Source of the DNA: Eledone cirrhosa
Taxonomy: Eukaryota
NCBI GenBank assembly: GCA_964016885.1
Contig: OZ024746.1
Span: 8,680,001 to 8,744,000, forward strand
Length of the DNA: 64,000 nt
Direction of reading: 5' to 3'
In this document: positions 16,124-29,120 of the stretch, piece by piece
Layout: each line of letters opens with the position of its first letter
Numbering within the stretch: the stretch's first letter is position 1
Program-made: the position numbers and the translations under genes
The notes under the pieces: generated by a model
The model's input: only the letters and a program-made list of their open reading frames with translations
Databases searched by the model: none
What the model was told of the DNA's origin: nothing

Positions 16124-16247
16124 TTAAAGCAAGTTACTACAATGGCGCATACCAGGTACGTGCGTTTCATTAGTCCCGAGGACCAATTTGTTCAACCTGT
16201 GCCAATGAAAATGTATGACGCCATTGTAGTAACTGGCCTTAATAATT
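16119..16247. repeat. Short fold-back next to (TA)n with degenerate HHR-like 3' half
   Basis: attattaaagcaagttactacaatggcg / cgccattgtagtaactggccttaataat. Minus strand attggtcc-tcg-ggactaat-GAAA-cgca...tgcg-CC. Confidence 0.5.
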
Positions 16248-16306
16248 ATATTGAAATTCGCTCTACTGGCTTGAGTTGCTCTATACCTTGGATATTTTTT
16301 ACTTAC

Positions 16307-16387
<81 letters not shown>

Positions 16388-16475
16388 TATATATATATAT
16401 ACATATGTATATATATATGTATATATATGACTCTCCCCAAGTATAACAATATATATATACATACAAACACATATG

Positions 16476-16520
<45 letters not shown>

Positions 16521-16525
<5 letters not shown>

Positions 16526-18354
16526 TTCAAAATATGAACAAAATAGATATTCTTGTGATCAAGTATATTTTATTATACATATTTCAGAGGTACTGAGTTA
16601 ACTTCAACAGTACGTCCTCATCAGATAAAATAAGATGATGCATGACATACCCTGACATAGTAGATGGTTAAGATTCAGTCAATATTTATATACCTTAATA
16701 TTGAAAACATGAAAAAACTACATTTAATACATATAATATAGAAAGCTTAAAAAATACATGGCAGCAATATAACTGGTAAAGATTCAAATAATTTAAATTA
16801 CTGAAGGAAGAGGAAAGAAAAGAAAGGCATAGAGGAAGAAACAGATGCGGGGATAATATAGCTAGTAGGAGCCTAGAAAACAAAAGAGAGTTGATTACAG
16901 AGAGAGAGATAAACAGGAATAACTTTTATAATGTAATAATATAGGGAGATATTAAATTAGAACAACATTTGGCCTTAGCTTTAGCAAAAAGGAAAAAAAA
17001 CTCAATTCATTGAATTATTGAAATATCTAAAAATATTTATCAATCGGAATTTTAAATATAATTGGGTGTATTCATTAGACAATTATCTATATATACAATA
17101 TATATCCAAACATATCTGGTTGACCGTTAACATTCAAATCATTTAATTTAAGTTAGTTCAGAGTAATGAATAATATTTTAGGTTATAAAAGTTAATAAAT
17201 ATCTGTATTAATATTAAAGTATACTATCATATTTAATTTATAAAATCAAATTTTATGAAATCAAATTTAAAGGATTTGCAAACACGAGAAAGAAAACATG
17301 TTTTTACAACCTCACGAAGGTAAACTTTACTAAATTTATTATATAATATTAAATTATTTATATTATATTGAAAATAGTTATTATTATATAATTTATAAAA
17401 TAATTACAGTTATAATTTTTAAAGAATTTTAAGATTAACAATTTGAATTCTCAAAGGACGAACAGGCCTTATAATTAAACTTAAAAAAGCTTGATTATTA
17501 AATTATATATATGCGTTTATCAAAAAAATACACAAAGATTATAAGATGATACCTCTCAAATAGACATAACATAATACAATACAATAAATAAGTTACTGAA
17601 AATATTGTTAAAATTAATGTTTTAGATCAATTATTGTAATAGGATCATTTAATAGATAATACTATAAATATATAAATCAAAACTTCATGAGTCCTAAGGA
17701 CTAGATTCAAAATAAAAAGTGAAAAAAGTAAAAATAATGAATTGTTTACGATCATAAAAGTGGCCAATATAAAAAAATATAGTTTAAAATGCAAGAGAGT
17801 TTTTTTTAAATTTATATAGTAGACTAACAACACTTCTAAAGTGTCCACGAAGATGATAGAAAGAGGAGCTAAGGATTTGAATGACCCGAAGGTAACTCGA
17901 ATTTAATTAAAATAAATTAAATTAAATTAAGTAATAATCGTTATATAATGTAGAACATTAAGGAAATATCTAGCAATTATAACAATAGAGAGTCATTTGA
18001 GTATCCAAATTACTTATAAATGTAACTAGGAGCATGTTATTATACTAGATAAACAGATTTGTTCAAATATATAGAGATTATTATAGGTATTAGTGAAACG
18101 ATATACATATAATAAATAAATAATAAATTATATAACGATTATTACTTAATTTAATTTAATTTATTGAGTTTTGTCATATATTACTCACTACCATGACTGA
18201 ATCTTAACCATCTACTATGTCAGGGTATGTTATGCATCATCTTATTTTATATGATGAGGACGTACTGTTGAAGTTAACTCAGTACCTCTGAAATATGTAT
18301 AATAAAATATACTTGATCACAAGAATATCTATTTTGTTAATATTTTGAATTAAT
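16521..18354. mobile_element. 1.8-kb element with ~160-bp HHR-containing inverted arms; decayed AT-rich interior
   Basis: Arms 16521-16681 and 18194-18354. Inner inverted repeat ~17908-17949 / 18127-18166. Weak KIHK...FRSII-like words near 17520-17640(+) could be a decayed Penelope RT. Confidence 0.6.
16568..16630 (-). ncRNA. Type I hammerhead ribozyme in left arm of a 160-bp inverted repeat
   Basis: Minus strand: ttttat-CTGATGA-ggacgtactg(ttgaagttaact)cagtacctct-GAAA-tatgta-TA-ataaaa. Stem I ttttat/ataaaa. Plus-strand copy at 18245-18307 has C3->A (ATGATGA). Confidence 0.75.
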
Positions 18355-18453
18355 AATTAATATTAATAACTCCGGAAAACCATTTCTGTTGAGTGCTTCC
18401 ATTCTATTGTAAAACTCATTCTTTGATTTATTCATTGAACCTTGTTTAACTTT

Positions 18454-18553
<100 letters not shown>

Positions 18554-18779
18554 CATAATCCTACAAGCAGAGCATTATGCGTATAATATGCATGTATAAT
18601 ATGTATTAGGTGTATATAAATGGCAATCTTAATCCAGCATCAGTTTAACTCCACAACAATGTCGTTGAAATGTACTCTGTTTGAAACATTCAGATTTTTT
18701 CTCCAGTTCAGTTATTTTAATAGTTCTCTGTAATCATCAAGTCAAACTACTAACAGTGCTGACCTTCCGCCTTTAACTA

Positions 18780-18866
<87 letters not shown>

Positions 18867-18874
18867 TATAGAAA

Positions 18875-18925
18875 GGCTTCTACAGGACTAGAACTGTTTC
18901 ATTCGGGAGAAATCATCAGGAAGCC
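18875..18925 (-). ncRNA. Type I hammerhead ribozyme, almost bare between two (TA)n tracts
   Basis: Minus strand: ggcttc-CTGATGA-t ttc tccc gaa t-GAAA-cag(ttctagtc)ctg-TA-gaagcc. Perfect 6-bp stem I and GUA cleavage triplet. Confidence 0.85.
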
Positions 18926-18930
18926 GTAAC

Positions 18931-18974
<44 letters not shown>

Positions 18975-19762
18975 TTTAGTACAGCATAGACGAAGTTCTA
19001 GTATATGGCCAAGCTAGCGCGTATGCTTATTCGGTTTGTAGCTTTAGCACTCAGATGAGGTAAGACCCCAGAGTAATAACATTATGTTCAGATAGCTTAG
19101 CAAATCAGATATAGCTGTCGGCAGTCCGACCGCATTACCAGAGCAACGAAAATACAGGCCCCAGGAAAAAAAAAAAAATATATATAGACACTTTATTTCA
19201 CGTTGCTCCTTCTACCTGGAGTTACGACCGATAGATACTATTAGCAATTGGAAAGACCAAGGAAACATTGTTTCCTCGGTCCGATTTGACGAAAGTCGAT
19301 CGACTGTCTGTATATATAGCAAGCCTCCAATTTCCGAAAAGCTAAATGTCAACAGAGGGACACCCAGGAGTCATGACCTGGATGCGGTCCGGCCCCCATA
19401 AACTGTAAGAAGTTAAGGACCGAAACATTCGCTTGAGTGGGGTTTCTTCTCTGAAGACCTTCTGCTGTCCAGCTCTCCTGAAAGTTTCTTACCATTATAT
19501 ATATATATTCAGGAAAAATTTAAAAATACATTAATAATTTTTTGAAATTTGATTTCCGATATGACCATTATTTGCCTGTTTATAACGGCGATAATTGTCT
19601 CCATAATAAACTTGAGACGTCCATTATCTCACTAAATAGATTCATGATTTACTTCAATAATATATATCTATATAGTCACCTAAAAATAAACTTCAAATTA
19701 ATTTCCAAGTTATAGAAAGAAAATAGCTATATCTTCAACAATGAGATTTGGACATAGACACA

Positions 19763-19958
19763 CCAGACTTGCCAACCTCTAAAAATTCAAACGGGAGTTC
19801 CATGAAAACAAGTGCTCCAAAACGGGGAGAAATAAGGCAAAATGGGGAGATTTGACATAATGAAAGCTATACCAATTTTCAAAAGAGAAGACATTTCTCA
19901 CCCACCCTAAAGTAGGTGGGAGATCTCCCCCGTCTGACGGGGAGAGTTGACATGTCTT
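19763..19958. mobile_element. hAT-type MITE
   Basis: TIRs cagacttgccaac / gttgacatgtct with repeated gggaga subterminal motifs. Confidence 0.55.
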
Positions 19959-20327
19959 ACATAGAAAGTAAGAAATTCTGTAGCGTAAGTCAATGAAATC
20001 ATTTGTGTACAATTTCTTCCAAATCACTAAATGTACGTGTTGGACCTCTGTCTGAAGTTTACCCGAAGTTTACCTGCAAGTCGGTGAGCCTTCCATAGAG
20101 ACGTGGGACATCTGAAACCTTAAAGTAATTCTCGGTGAAATTCAACATAAGTGTATGTGACACGGTAGGTCCATTGAATTACTCGTACAATTACTGGTAC
20201 AATTATTTTTTTCAGCTTAGTAGACTGGAGTAATGTGATGAAATTTCCCACAAGGAATCGAACTCATGAACTTGCGATTGTGAGCCAAACATCCTAAACA
20301 CGTAGCCATGCAGTTTGTTGTTGTTGT

Positions 20328-20571
20328 TACAGCTCACACCTATGCAGGTCCAGCTGGCCTCCTCCAATGTATATCTCGTTGGAGGTGTCTTGGGTAATTT
20401 AATGATAGGGACCCCAGTCCTATCATCTCATTTCTACAGCTGAGCAATCTGGAGCAACGTGAAAAATAAAGTGTCTTGCTCAAGGAAACAACACATCACC
20501 CGGTCCGAGAATTGAACTCACAACCTTTCGATTGCAAGCCCAATGCTCTAACCACTAAGCCCTGCATCTTC
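20328..20571 (-). mobile_element. SINE family 2
   Basis: Close to 5590-5832, (CAA)n tail; a second degenerate head lies just upstream at ~20215-20312. Confidence 0.9.
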
Positions 20572-20923
20572 TCAAGAAATCCCTAAATACCCTAGTTGTG
20601 TTTTCAATAAATACTTGAGCTATTGTTATCCTTTGAGTGGGAGAAATCGTGTTATTCTATGATATAAATGGGAGGAGGACATGTGTACTCAAGTACAGCA
20701 GGTATGCCATTAACATCGCCTCCACTGTAGAGTTTCTACTACAAGACAAATATAGAAATTAATTACAGTCCAGGGCAACGTGTGGTTAAAGAAACAGGCA
20801 GAAAGATTGATGGGAAGTGGATGTGTATCTAACATACACACACACAGTATCTAACACACCCACACACCCACGCATACACACACATGAGCGAGGAAAGAGA
20901 AAGAGAAAGAGAGATAGAAAGAA

Positions 20924-20978
<55 letters not shown>

Positions 20979-21194
20979 AAGAGAAAGAGAAAGAGAGAGA
21001 GAATGAAACAATTAAGGGACGAGATAAATGATACAGAGGCATTCAGTTGGAGAGTAAAGAAAATATAAGAGATCAATAAATTGATGATAGAAAGAAAAGG
21101 GAGAGGTGGTGCCTGAGAATGGAGAGAAAGAATAATAACAGCAAGAAGAACAAATATATAGAAAGAAAGGGAGGGACATGTGAAGATGAGAGGG

Positions 21195-21283
<89 letters not shown>

Positions 21284-21434
21284 TGAGAGAGAGTGTGTGT
21301 GTGTGTGTGTGTGAGATAGATAAATAGAGGGGTATATAGAGAGACGGGAAGATCGAGATCGACCGAGAGAGATAGATAGAGAGAGATAGCGAGAAAGAGA
21401 TAGAGATAGAGATAGAGGGATATATATATATATA

Positions 21435-21577
21435 TAACGAAGGAAATGTGGTAAGGAACCAGGTGGACCATAACGCACCCAAGTACTCAATACTTAGGGT
21501 AGTAGAGTGGGTAATAGGAACGAGTAGGACCCCGACGGCTGAGCTCAAGCCGTTTCGACGGCTAATTCTGGACTATT

Positions 21578-21611
<34 letters not shown>

Positions 21612-21796
21612 AAGGAATTGTGGTAAGGAACCAGATGGACCATAACGCACCAGAGTACTCAATACTTAGGGTAGTAGAGTGGGAAATAGGAAAACGTATG
21701 ACCCTGACGGCAGAGCTCAAGCCGTTTCGACGGCTATTTCAGTCCAGAAATAGCCGTCGAAACGGCTTGAGCTCTGCCGTCGGGGTCATACTTTTT

Positions 21797-21800
<4 letters not shown>
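21435..21800. mobile_element. Two tandem family A cassettes separated by (TA)n
   Basis: 21435-21580 (second arm reduced to a few nt) and 21611-21800 (full fold-back, loop AGTCCA). Confidence 0.75.
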
Positions 21801-21863
<63 letters not shown>

Positions 21864-22044
21864 AAAGAGACAAAGAGAGAGAGAAGGAAATAGACAGTGG
21901 AAATATAACGGACTAAAATTATAATTAGTTTGGACTAAAATTATAATTAGTGCAGGATAAGAAGTGAGGGAGGCGGCGGGGGGAGTAGGGGAGAAAGAGA
22001 CGTGATATAATAATTATCTAGAGCAAAGAAATGAAGAACAGTGA

Positions 22045-22277
22045 ATGATGAAATCTTCTTCTTCGCCCACTTATTCCCGAGAGCGTCGTGGGAACAGGTT
22101 CCTGAAATACTCCTTCCAGCGGGTCCTGTCAGAAGCAACCCTTACTAACAGATCCGGCTGAATCCTCGAGTGAAACCAGCCGATCTCATGGATGTTATCC
22201 AACTATCTTGCTCGGGGGTCTACCCCTGCCGGTTGGTTATACCAGTAAAATCTGTCCAGGTATTCTTTCCTGAGACA
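22045..22277 (-). mobile_element. RTE-clade LINE 3' fragment
   Basis: YGHVVRMSQERIP...GRGRP...ASDRTRWK; (GAA)n tail. Confidence 0.75.
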
Positions 22278-22374
22278 TTCTAACCACATGCCCATAAGGC
22301 AACACACATGTATGTATATGTTTATTATATACAAGTATGTTTTCCATATACGTATATTCTATATAAACGTATAG

Positions 22375-22649
22375 TACTCACGCTCGGGTCCCAAATAATA
22401 GGAGGGGGTAGAATAAGCAGGAGTGGGGTTTGAACACTTGCTTAAATTCTTATAAGCGTGGGGGAGGGGGTCAGAATAAACGTGAGGGTAGGGAAATCGG
22501 TAAGTGCATAGTGTACGTTCGTAAATATGGTATTCCGTGTTCTTTTTTTGTCATATATAACGTTTTTTTTAATGTAAAATAAAATTATTAGATTCTCCAG
22601 CTGCTGTATCAATATGAATCACAATAAAATAACACCAGAAATAGATAAG

Positions 22650-22700
<51 letters not shown>

Positions 22701-22765
22701 GCTTGGGTTTTGGAAAAAATCTGAAAAAATTAATAAGCGGGGTGGTGGGGATTATTCAGTCTCCT
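22375..22765. mobile_element. Probable non-autonomous DNA transposon with internal (TG)n
   Basis: Repeated aataagcg(ggg) motifs at both ends; weak TIR aataat / attatt. Confidence 0.35.
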
Positions 22766-22887
22766 ATTGCGGGTATGTTACACCATATATATATATAAGA
22801 AAGGGAGGGACATGTGAAGATGAGAGGGAAAACAGAGAGAGAGAGAGAGAGGGAGAGAGAGAGAGAGAGTGTGTGTGTGTGTGTGTG

Positions 22888-22921
<34 letters not shown>

Positions 22922-23272
22922 TATCGAGAATCGGAACCTCGGCCCACGAAATAACGAAACACAATCTTCGAAATGTGTGGCAAAGTGCTCAATAGTTTGG
23001 ATAAACCAGAGCTATAACTAACGTGTAAATACCAACACACTGAGACGATGCTTAAACAATCACTCACACAGCCGAAAACACGACCAAGAAAATTCGGGTC
23101 AGACAAATAAAAATATATATGAATGAATGAAAAAAAAAAAAAAAAAGAAAAAAAAAAAAATATATATATAGTAATAATAATAAATTTGAAGATTAAAATC
23201 CAAAGAGGGCTCGATAAGGATAAATAATATCAAATATATAAGAACCGTAGAGCAAATATTTATTAATATATA

Positions 23273-23319
<47 letters not shown>

Positions 23320-23500
23320 CTACTTGGGGAGGGTCATATTTTTGTAATAATATTGCCAGAAATAATAACAGAACACACTCACCGTTTGGTTGGTTTTCGC
23401 TTCTGTATCTTTTATATCTCCATAGTTAATTTATTTGGCAATTAATGTTTATCATTGACTGACCAACGGTTAAAAATACAGATATAAATATATATATAGT

Positions 23501-23546
23501 CTATCAAAGTTCTTTCGTTGCGCATCTGCAACATCATCAGTGGTAC
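23501..23546 (-). ncRNA. Type I hammerhead ribozyme (minimal stem III)
   Basis: Minus strand: tacca-CTGATGA-t gttgc agatgc gcaac-GAAA-gaac-TT-tgata. Stem I has one mismatch. Downstream part repeated inverted at 23766-23841. Confidence 0.65.
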
Positions 23547-24078
23547 TATTATTATGTACCATCCTATTGTATTGTAATGTTTACGCTATTTTTGTTTACT
23601 ACTGTTATATATATATATATATTTATATTTCCCTTAAGTCAGTATTGTTTGTTTGGGTATGGTTGTTGTTGTTATTCCATTCGTTTTTTCTGTTTAACTT
23701 TGGTTTTCTAAGCTCTATTTCACTTGTTTCTCTGATTTGCTTACTTGTTGGGTCATTTTTATGTGTCGAACTTTGATAGACTATATATATATATATATTT
23801 ATATCTGTATTTTTAACCGTTGGTCAATAAATGATAAACACTCAATTATCACTTATTTTTTATCATTTATTTTGTTTTGACCTGTTTAGCTTGATTTGGT
23901 TTTTGGCTTCGGTGGTTAATGCTTTCTTGACCACCTGTTCAGTTTTGTATGGCTTCTTAACACATTGTTTAGCTCTGGTTTTTAACTATTGAGCACTTTG
24001 CCAGTATCATTTCTGATTTTTCCGTTTCGCTTCGCTTTTCCTGCCCGCCGAAAATGCGATTCTCGCTGAATCTTTATT

Positions 24079-24125
<47 letters not shown>

Positions 24126-24272
24126 GGGTGTGTCTGATTGTGTATAGAAGATTATATTAATAAAAGGAATTCCAACTTTGTCTGATTTACTCGTTTTATT
24201 TACAATCCTTTAAAATTTCTAATGGTATTAGAATGAAATAGTTTGGTAGAATATTAAATGTTAAGTGTTAAT

Positions 24273-24311
24273 TGAACAAGTACTTTCATGCTTTCGCAAT
24301 CTTCAGGTTCA
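24273..24311 (-). ncRNA. Minimal type I hammerhead ribozyme
   Basis: Minus strand: tgaac-CTGAAGA-t tgc gaaa gca t-GAAA-gtac-TT-gttca. Palindromic GTAC replaces stem III. Lies in cassette 24126-24347 between TA-rich tracts. Confidence 0.85.
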
Positions 24312-24599
24312 TATTCTGTGGTGACAGTCAAATTTGCAATTTTCAACTGTATATACTATATATACTATATATATAGTATATATACTGTATATACTATATA
24401 TACTATATATATATGTATCTATGTATATATATACTTCTGTGCATGTGTGTATGTGTATGTAAACAGTAAACACAAAGAGAGTCAAAGTGTGTATGTGTGT
24501 GTGAGAGAGAGGTAAGAGCGAAAGAGGGAGAGAACTATGTGATATAAGTATATTAGAATTTTTATGGTGTTTGCCCAAGAATCAAATCTCAAGCTGAAA

Positions 24600-25365
24600 A
24601 CAACACCCGAACCACCACCACCTCCACCATCACCACCACCACCACCAGCACCTCCACCATCACCACCACCACCTCCACCACCTCCACCACCAGCACCACC
24701 ATAATCACCACCACCTCCACCACCACCACCTCCACCAGCACCACCAGCACCAGCACCACCTCCACCACCACCACCACCACCACCACCACCACCACCACCA
24801 CCACCACCACCACCACCACCGCCACCACCTCCACCACCGCCACCACCACCACCACCACCACCACCACCACCACCACCACCACCACCACCACCACCACCAC
24901 AGCCACCACCGCCACCACCACCACCACCACCACCACCACCACCACCACCACCACCACCACCACCACCACCACCACCACCACCACCACCAATAACAACAAT
25001 AACCAGTCAAACAAAGCAACACAACAGAACTAAATAGGCTTAAGTACTTTAACGAGAGAATTATTTCAGCACAACTTAGCATCATAACAGGGTTTAAAGA
25101 TATCTCACTAACTTACTCCCTCTCTTTCTCTCCACCCCTCTCTTTCTCTCTCTCTCTCTCTCTCCTTCTCTCTATACCTCTCTTTCTCTCTATACCTTTC
25201 TTTCTCTCTACCCCTCTCTTTCTTTCTCACTCTCCATCTCGTTCTCTCTATCTCTTTCTTTCTCTCTCTTTCTCCCTCTCTTTCTCCCTCTATCCCTCTC
25301 TTTCTCTCTCTCCCTCTCTCTCTCTCTCTTTCTCTCTCTTTCTCCCTCTCTTTGTCCCTCTATCC

Positions 25366-25397
<32 letters not shown>

Positions 25398-25756
25398 TTC
25401 TCCCTCTCCCCCTCTCATTCTCTCTCTCCCTCTCTTTCTCTCTCCCCATCTCGTTCTCTCTCTCTTCCTCTCTCTCTTCCCCATTGTTTCTCCCACAACC
25501 CCCTCCCTACAACCACACAACATGGTGGTATTAGTTCTAAGTTGGTGTTGACTAGAAACGTTTATTTGAAAGGTGTGACACAGGAGGCGACACACAGTCA
25601 CCACAAGGACAAATATACAACACAAACAACACATAACAAACAACACAAGGACAAATATACAACACAGACAACACATAACAAACAACACAAACTTGCTTGA
25701 AATATTCTTTAGACATACTTGGAATACTTGGTCAGAATTCGGGATTGAACTGGAGG

Positions 25757-25841
<85 letters not shown>

Positions 25842-25999
25842 TGGTGCCGTTATCCTCACCTAGCCAGTGTTTCGGGAGTACCCTCTCTTTAAACATCAGT
25901 CCCTTTCTTTCTCCTAAAATTGGAAGTGTATATCTATGTTGAAGTCTGTGCGTATCTGTGTCTGTATATGTGTCTCTGTGTGTGTGAGTGTGTGTGTGA

Positions 26000-26091
<92 letters not shown>

Positions 26092-26092
26092 C

Positions 26093-26159
<67 letters not shown>

Positions 26160-26161
26160 AG

Positions 26162-26214
<53 letters not shown>

Positions 26215-27030
26215 GGAGAGAGAGGTTGTTGTATAACTCCTACCAACGCAGCTCCAGTATGACTGGAACGATAATAGTTTGAAATCTACAGAAGAGCTAA
26301 AGACACACACATACACACATACACACATACACACATACACACATACACATACACACACACACATACACACATACACACATACACACATACACACATACAC
26401 ATACACACATACACATACACACATACACATATACACACATACACACATACACACATACACATACACACATACACATACACACATACACACATACACACAT
26501 ACACACATACACACACACACACATACACACATACACACATACACACATACACACATACACACATACACACATACACACACACACACATACACACATACAC
26601 ACATACACACATACACACACACACACATACACACATACACACATACACACATACACACACACACACATACACACATACACACATACACACATACACACAT
26701 ACACACACACACATACACACATACACACATACACACATACACACATACACACATACACACATACACACATACACACACACACATACACACATACACACGT
26801 ACACACAGACACACAGACACACATACACACATACACACAGACACACAGACACACATACACACACACACATATACACAGACACAGAGCCACACATACACAC
26901 ATACACACATACACACAGACACACATACACACATACACACATACACAGACACACATACACACATACACACAATTACATACCCCCCCCACACACATTTATA
27001 TATTCACATACACACACCCACACACACATA
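24600..27030. repeat. Compound microsatellite block: (CCA)n, (CT)n, (CAA)n, (GA)n, (ACACACAT)n
   Basis: Direct reading; source of many spurious ORFs. Confidence 0.95.
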
Positions 27031-27814
27031 TATATGTATATGTGGAGCCAAGTCCGATCTTCACTGGATACAGTATCTAAGAGGCTTATATTCAACTTAA
27101 ATTTAAGTACTCAATACACGCAGACAAAAATCCTTCGATTAGAGCTTTTTATTGAATTGCCAAAAAAAAAAAAAAAATGTGATACACTTTCAGATAATAT
27201 TCAGCCACCCACTCCATTAGTATCATATACGCATGCGCACATTTATCTCATACTCGCATAGAGATGTGCTTTTAGACAGGCATGCGCAGAGAAACATAAT
27301 CATTCTCAAACACTTATAGAAATGAAGAACTTAATAAAGATAAGGATATTTCATTGGAAAAGAACTGTTGATAATGATGTAAGCCTTACAATAAGACAAA
27401 GGTAGTAATTTTATATATAGATTTGAGATAAATTAATTCATTAAGTACTTGAGCTAACAAAGGGGTCACGATGTGATCTCTCCTACAACTAAAAACTACA
27501 AACAGGAACTGTATCAAATCACACACTAGCTTCTGGTCATAGATGCCTGAGGTGAGGGCCATGACTGGAATGTCATGATCATATGTCTGCTTGATCAGTG
27601 TTCACATGAGGGTGAAACAAGAATCTTGATTATTCGTGTTTTTCTTGGGATTATGAACTGAAATACATCTTAAAGTGTTGTTGATTGTATTACAAGTTAC
27701 GGCAGTGTCTTAGCTTGTATTATAGAGGTAAGTGACTTCGGTAGGAATTGCAAGTGTGAAGATTAAATGGAGTTAAATGGACTGACAGAAAATCTATGTA
27801 TGTGTTGGTATATT

Positions 27815-27885
<71 letters not shown>

Positions 27886-28744
27886 CTGTATGTGTATGTG
27901 TGTGTGTGTCTGAGCGTCTGCGAGTTGCTGTGTGTATGTATTTGTGTGTGTGTGTGTGTGTGTGTTTCTGTACGTACGTTTGTGTGTATATATTTGTGTA
28001 TGTGTGCATTTGTGTGTGTGTCAGTGCTTGTGTGTGTGTGTGTGTGTGTGTTCTGTGTATTTGTGTGTGTATATGGTGCATTTGTGTGTGTGTCAGTGCT
28101 TGTGTGTGTGTGTGTGTGTTCTGTGTATTTGTGTGTGTATATGGTGCATTTGAGAGTGTGTCTGTGTTTCTGTACGTACGTGTGTGTGTATATATTTTGT
28201 GTATATATGTGTGTGTGTGTCTGTGTCTGTGTATATGCCTGTGTGTGTGTGTGTGTGTATTTGTGTATGTATTTATCACCGCAGTACAATCACTGAAACC
28301 AGTAAAATAACAACAGAAAGTATACAGATATTTATGTCTGATATCAGTCACTGCCAGCAGCAACAGAAATGTTGGTTGTGGCAATTTCATCTTATTTGAC
28401 TTATCAAATGTCTTGGGTAAAGCTACAAATTGGATCTACGGACAGATGACATTGGTTGGAGAAGGGTTAGTGTCTATAGACACAGTTGATCTTGAAATAC
28501 TAAACAATAATACAGTATTTCTGATTTAATAGGTTATTCAATATTGCTATTTTTGGTCAAAATAAGATTCTCAGAAGACGATTGTTGGTGCAACATGTGG
28601 GAAAATCATAAGATTTATGTTCCATAGTTCAGCGCCGGCCGTAATATTCTGAGTTCAGATTCCACAGATTGATAAAAGTTTGTCTTATCTCACTTCTGTT
28701 ATCAATAAAATAATTTCTCGTGTTTGCCTATGTTAATGTCATTG

Positions 28745-29120
28745 TGAATTGGCAGTATCGGTAGAGGGTTGGACGCCATGCTTTCCAGCATAGAGTTACG
28801 TTCCTTTACGGTCTGAGTTCAAATCCCGCCGATGTTAACTTTGTCTTTCATCCATAAGATGTTAACTTTGCCTTTCATCCGATAAAATAAAGTACCAGTA
28901 ATGTACTGGTTATTTGCTGGCCTTGTGCCAAAAGTAGAAACAATTATTATATCTCTACAAAAGGACAATGGATTGACAGTAATCGCTTGAGCATCGGACA
29001 CCATGCTCCGTAGCAAAGAGTTACAACCCTTTACGGTCTGAGTTCAAATCCCGCCGAGGTTAGCTTTGCCTTTCGGGGTCGATAAAATAAAGTACCAGTA
29101 AGCACTGGGATAAATTTAAT
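28745..29120 (+). mobile_element. Two SINE family 1 copies
   Basis: Same head and core; first copy has an internal duplication. Confidence 0.85.
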
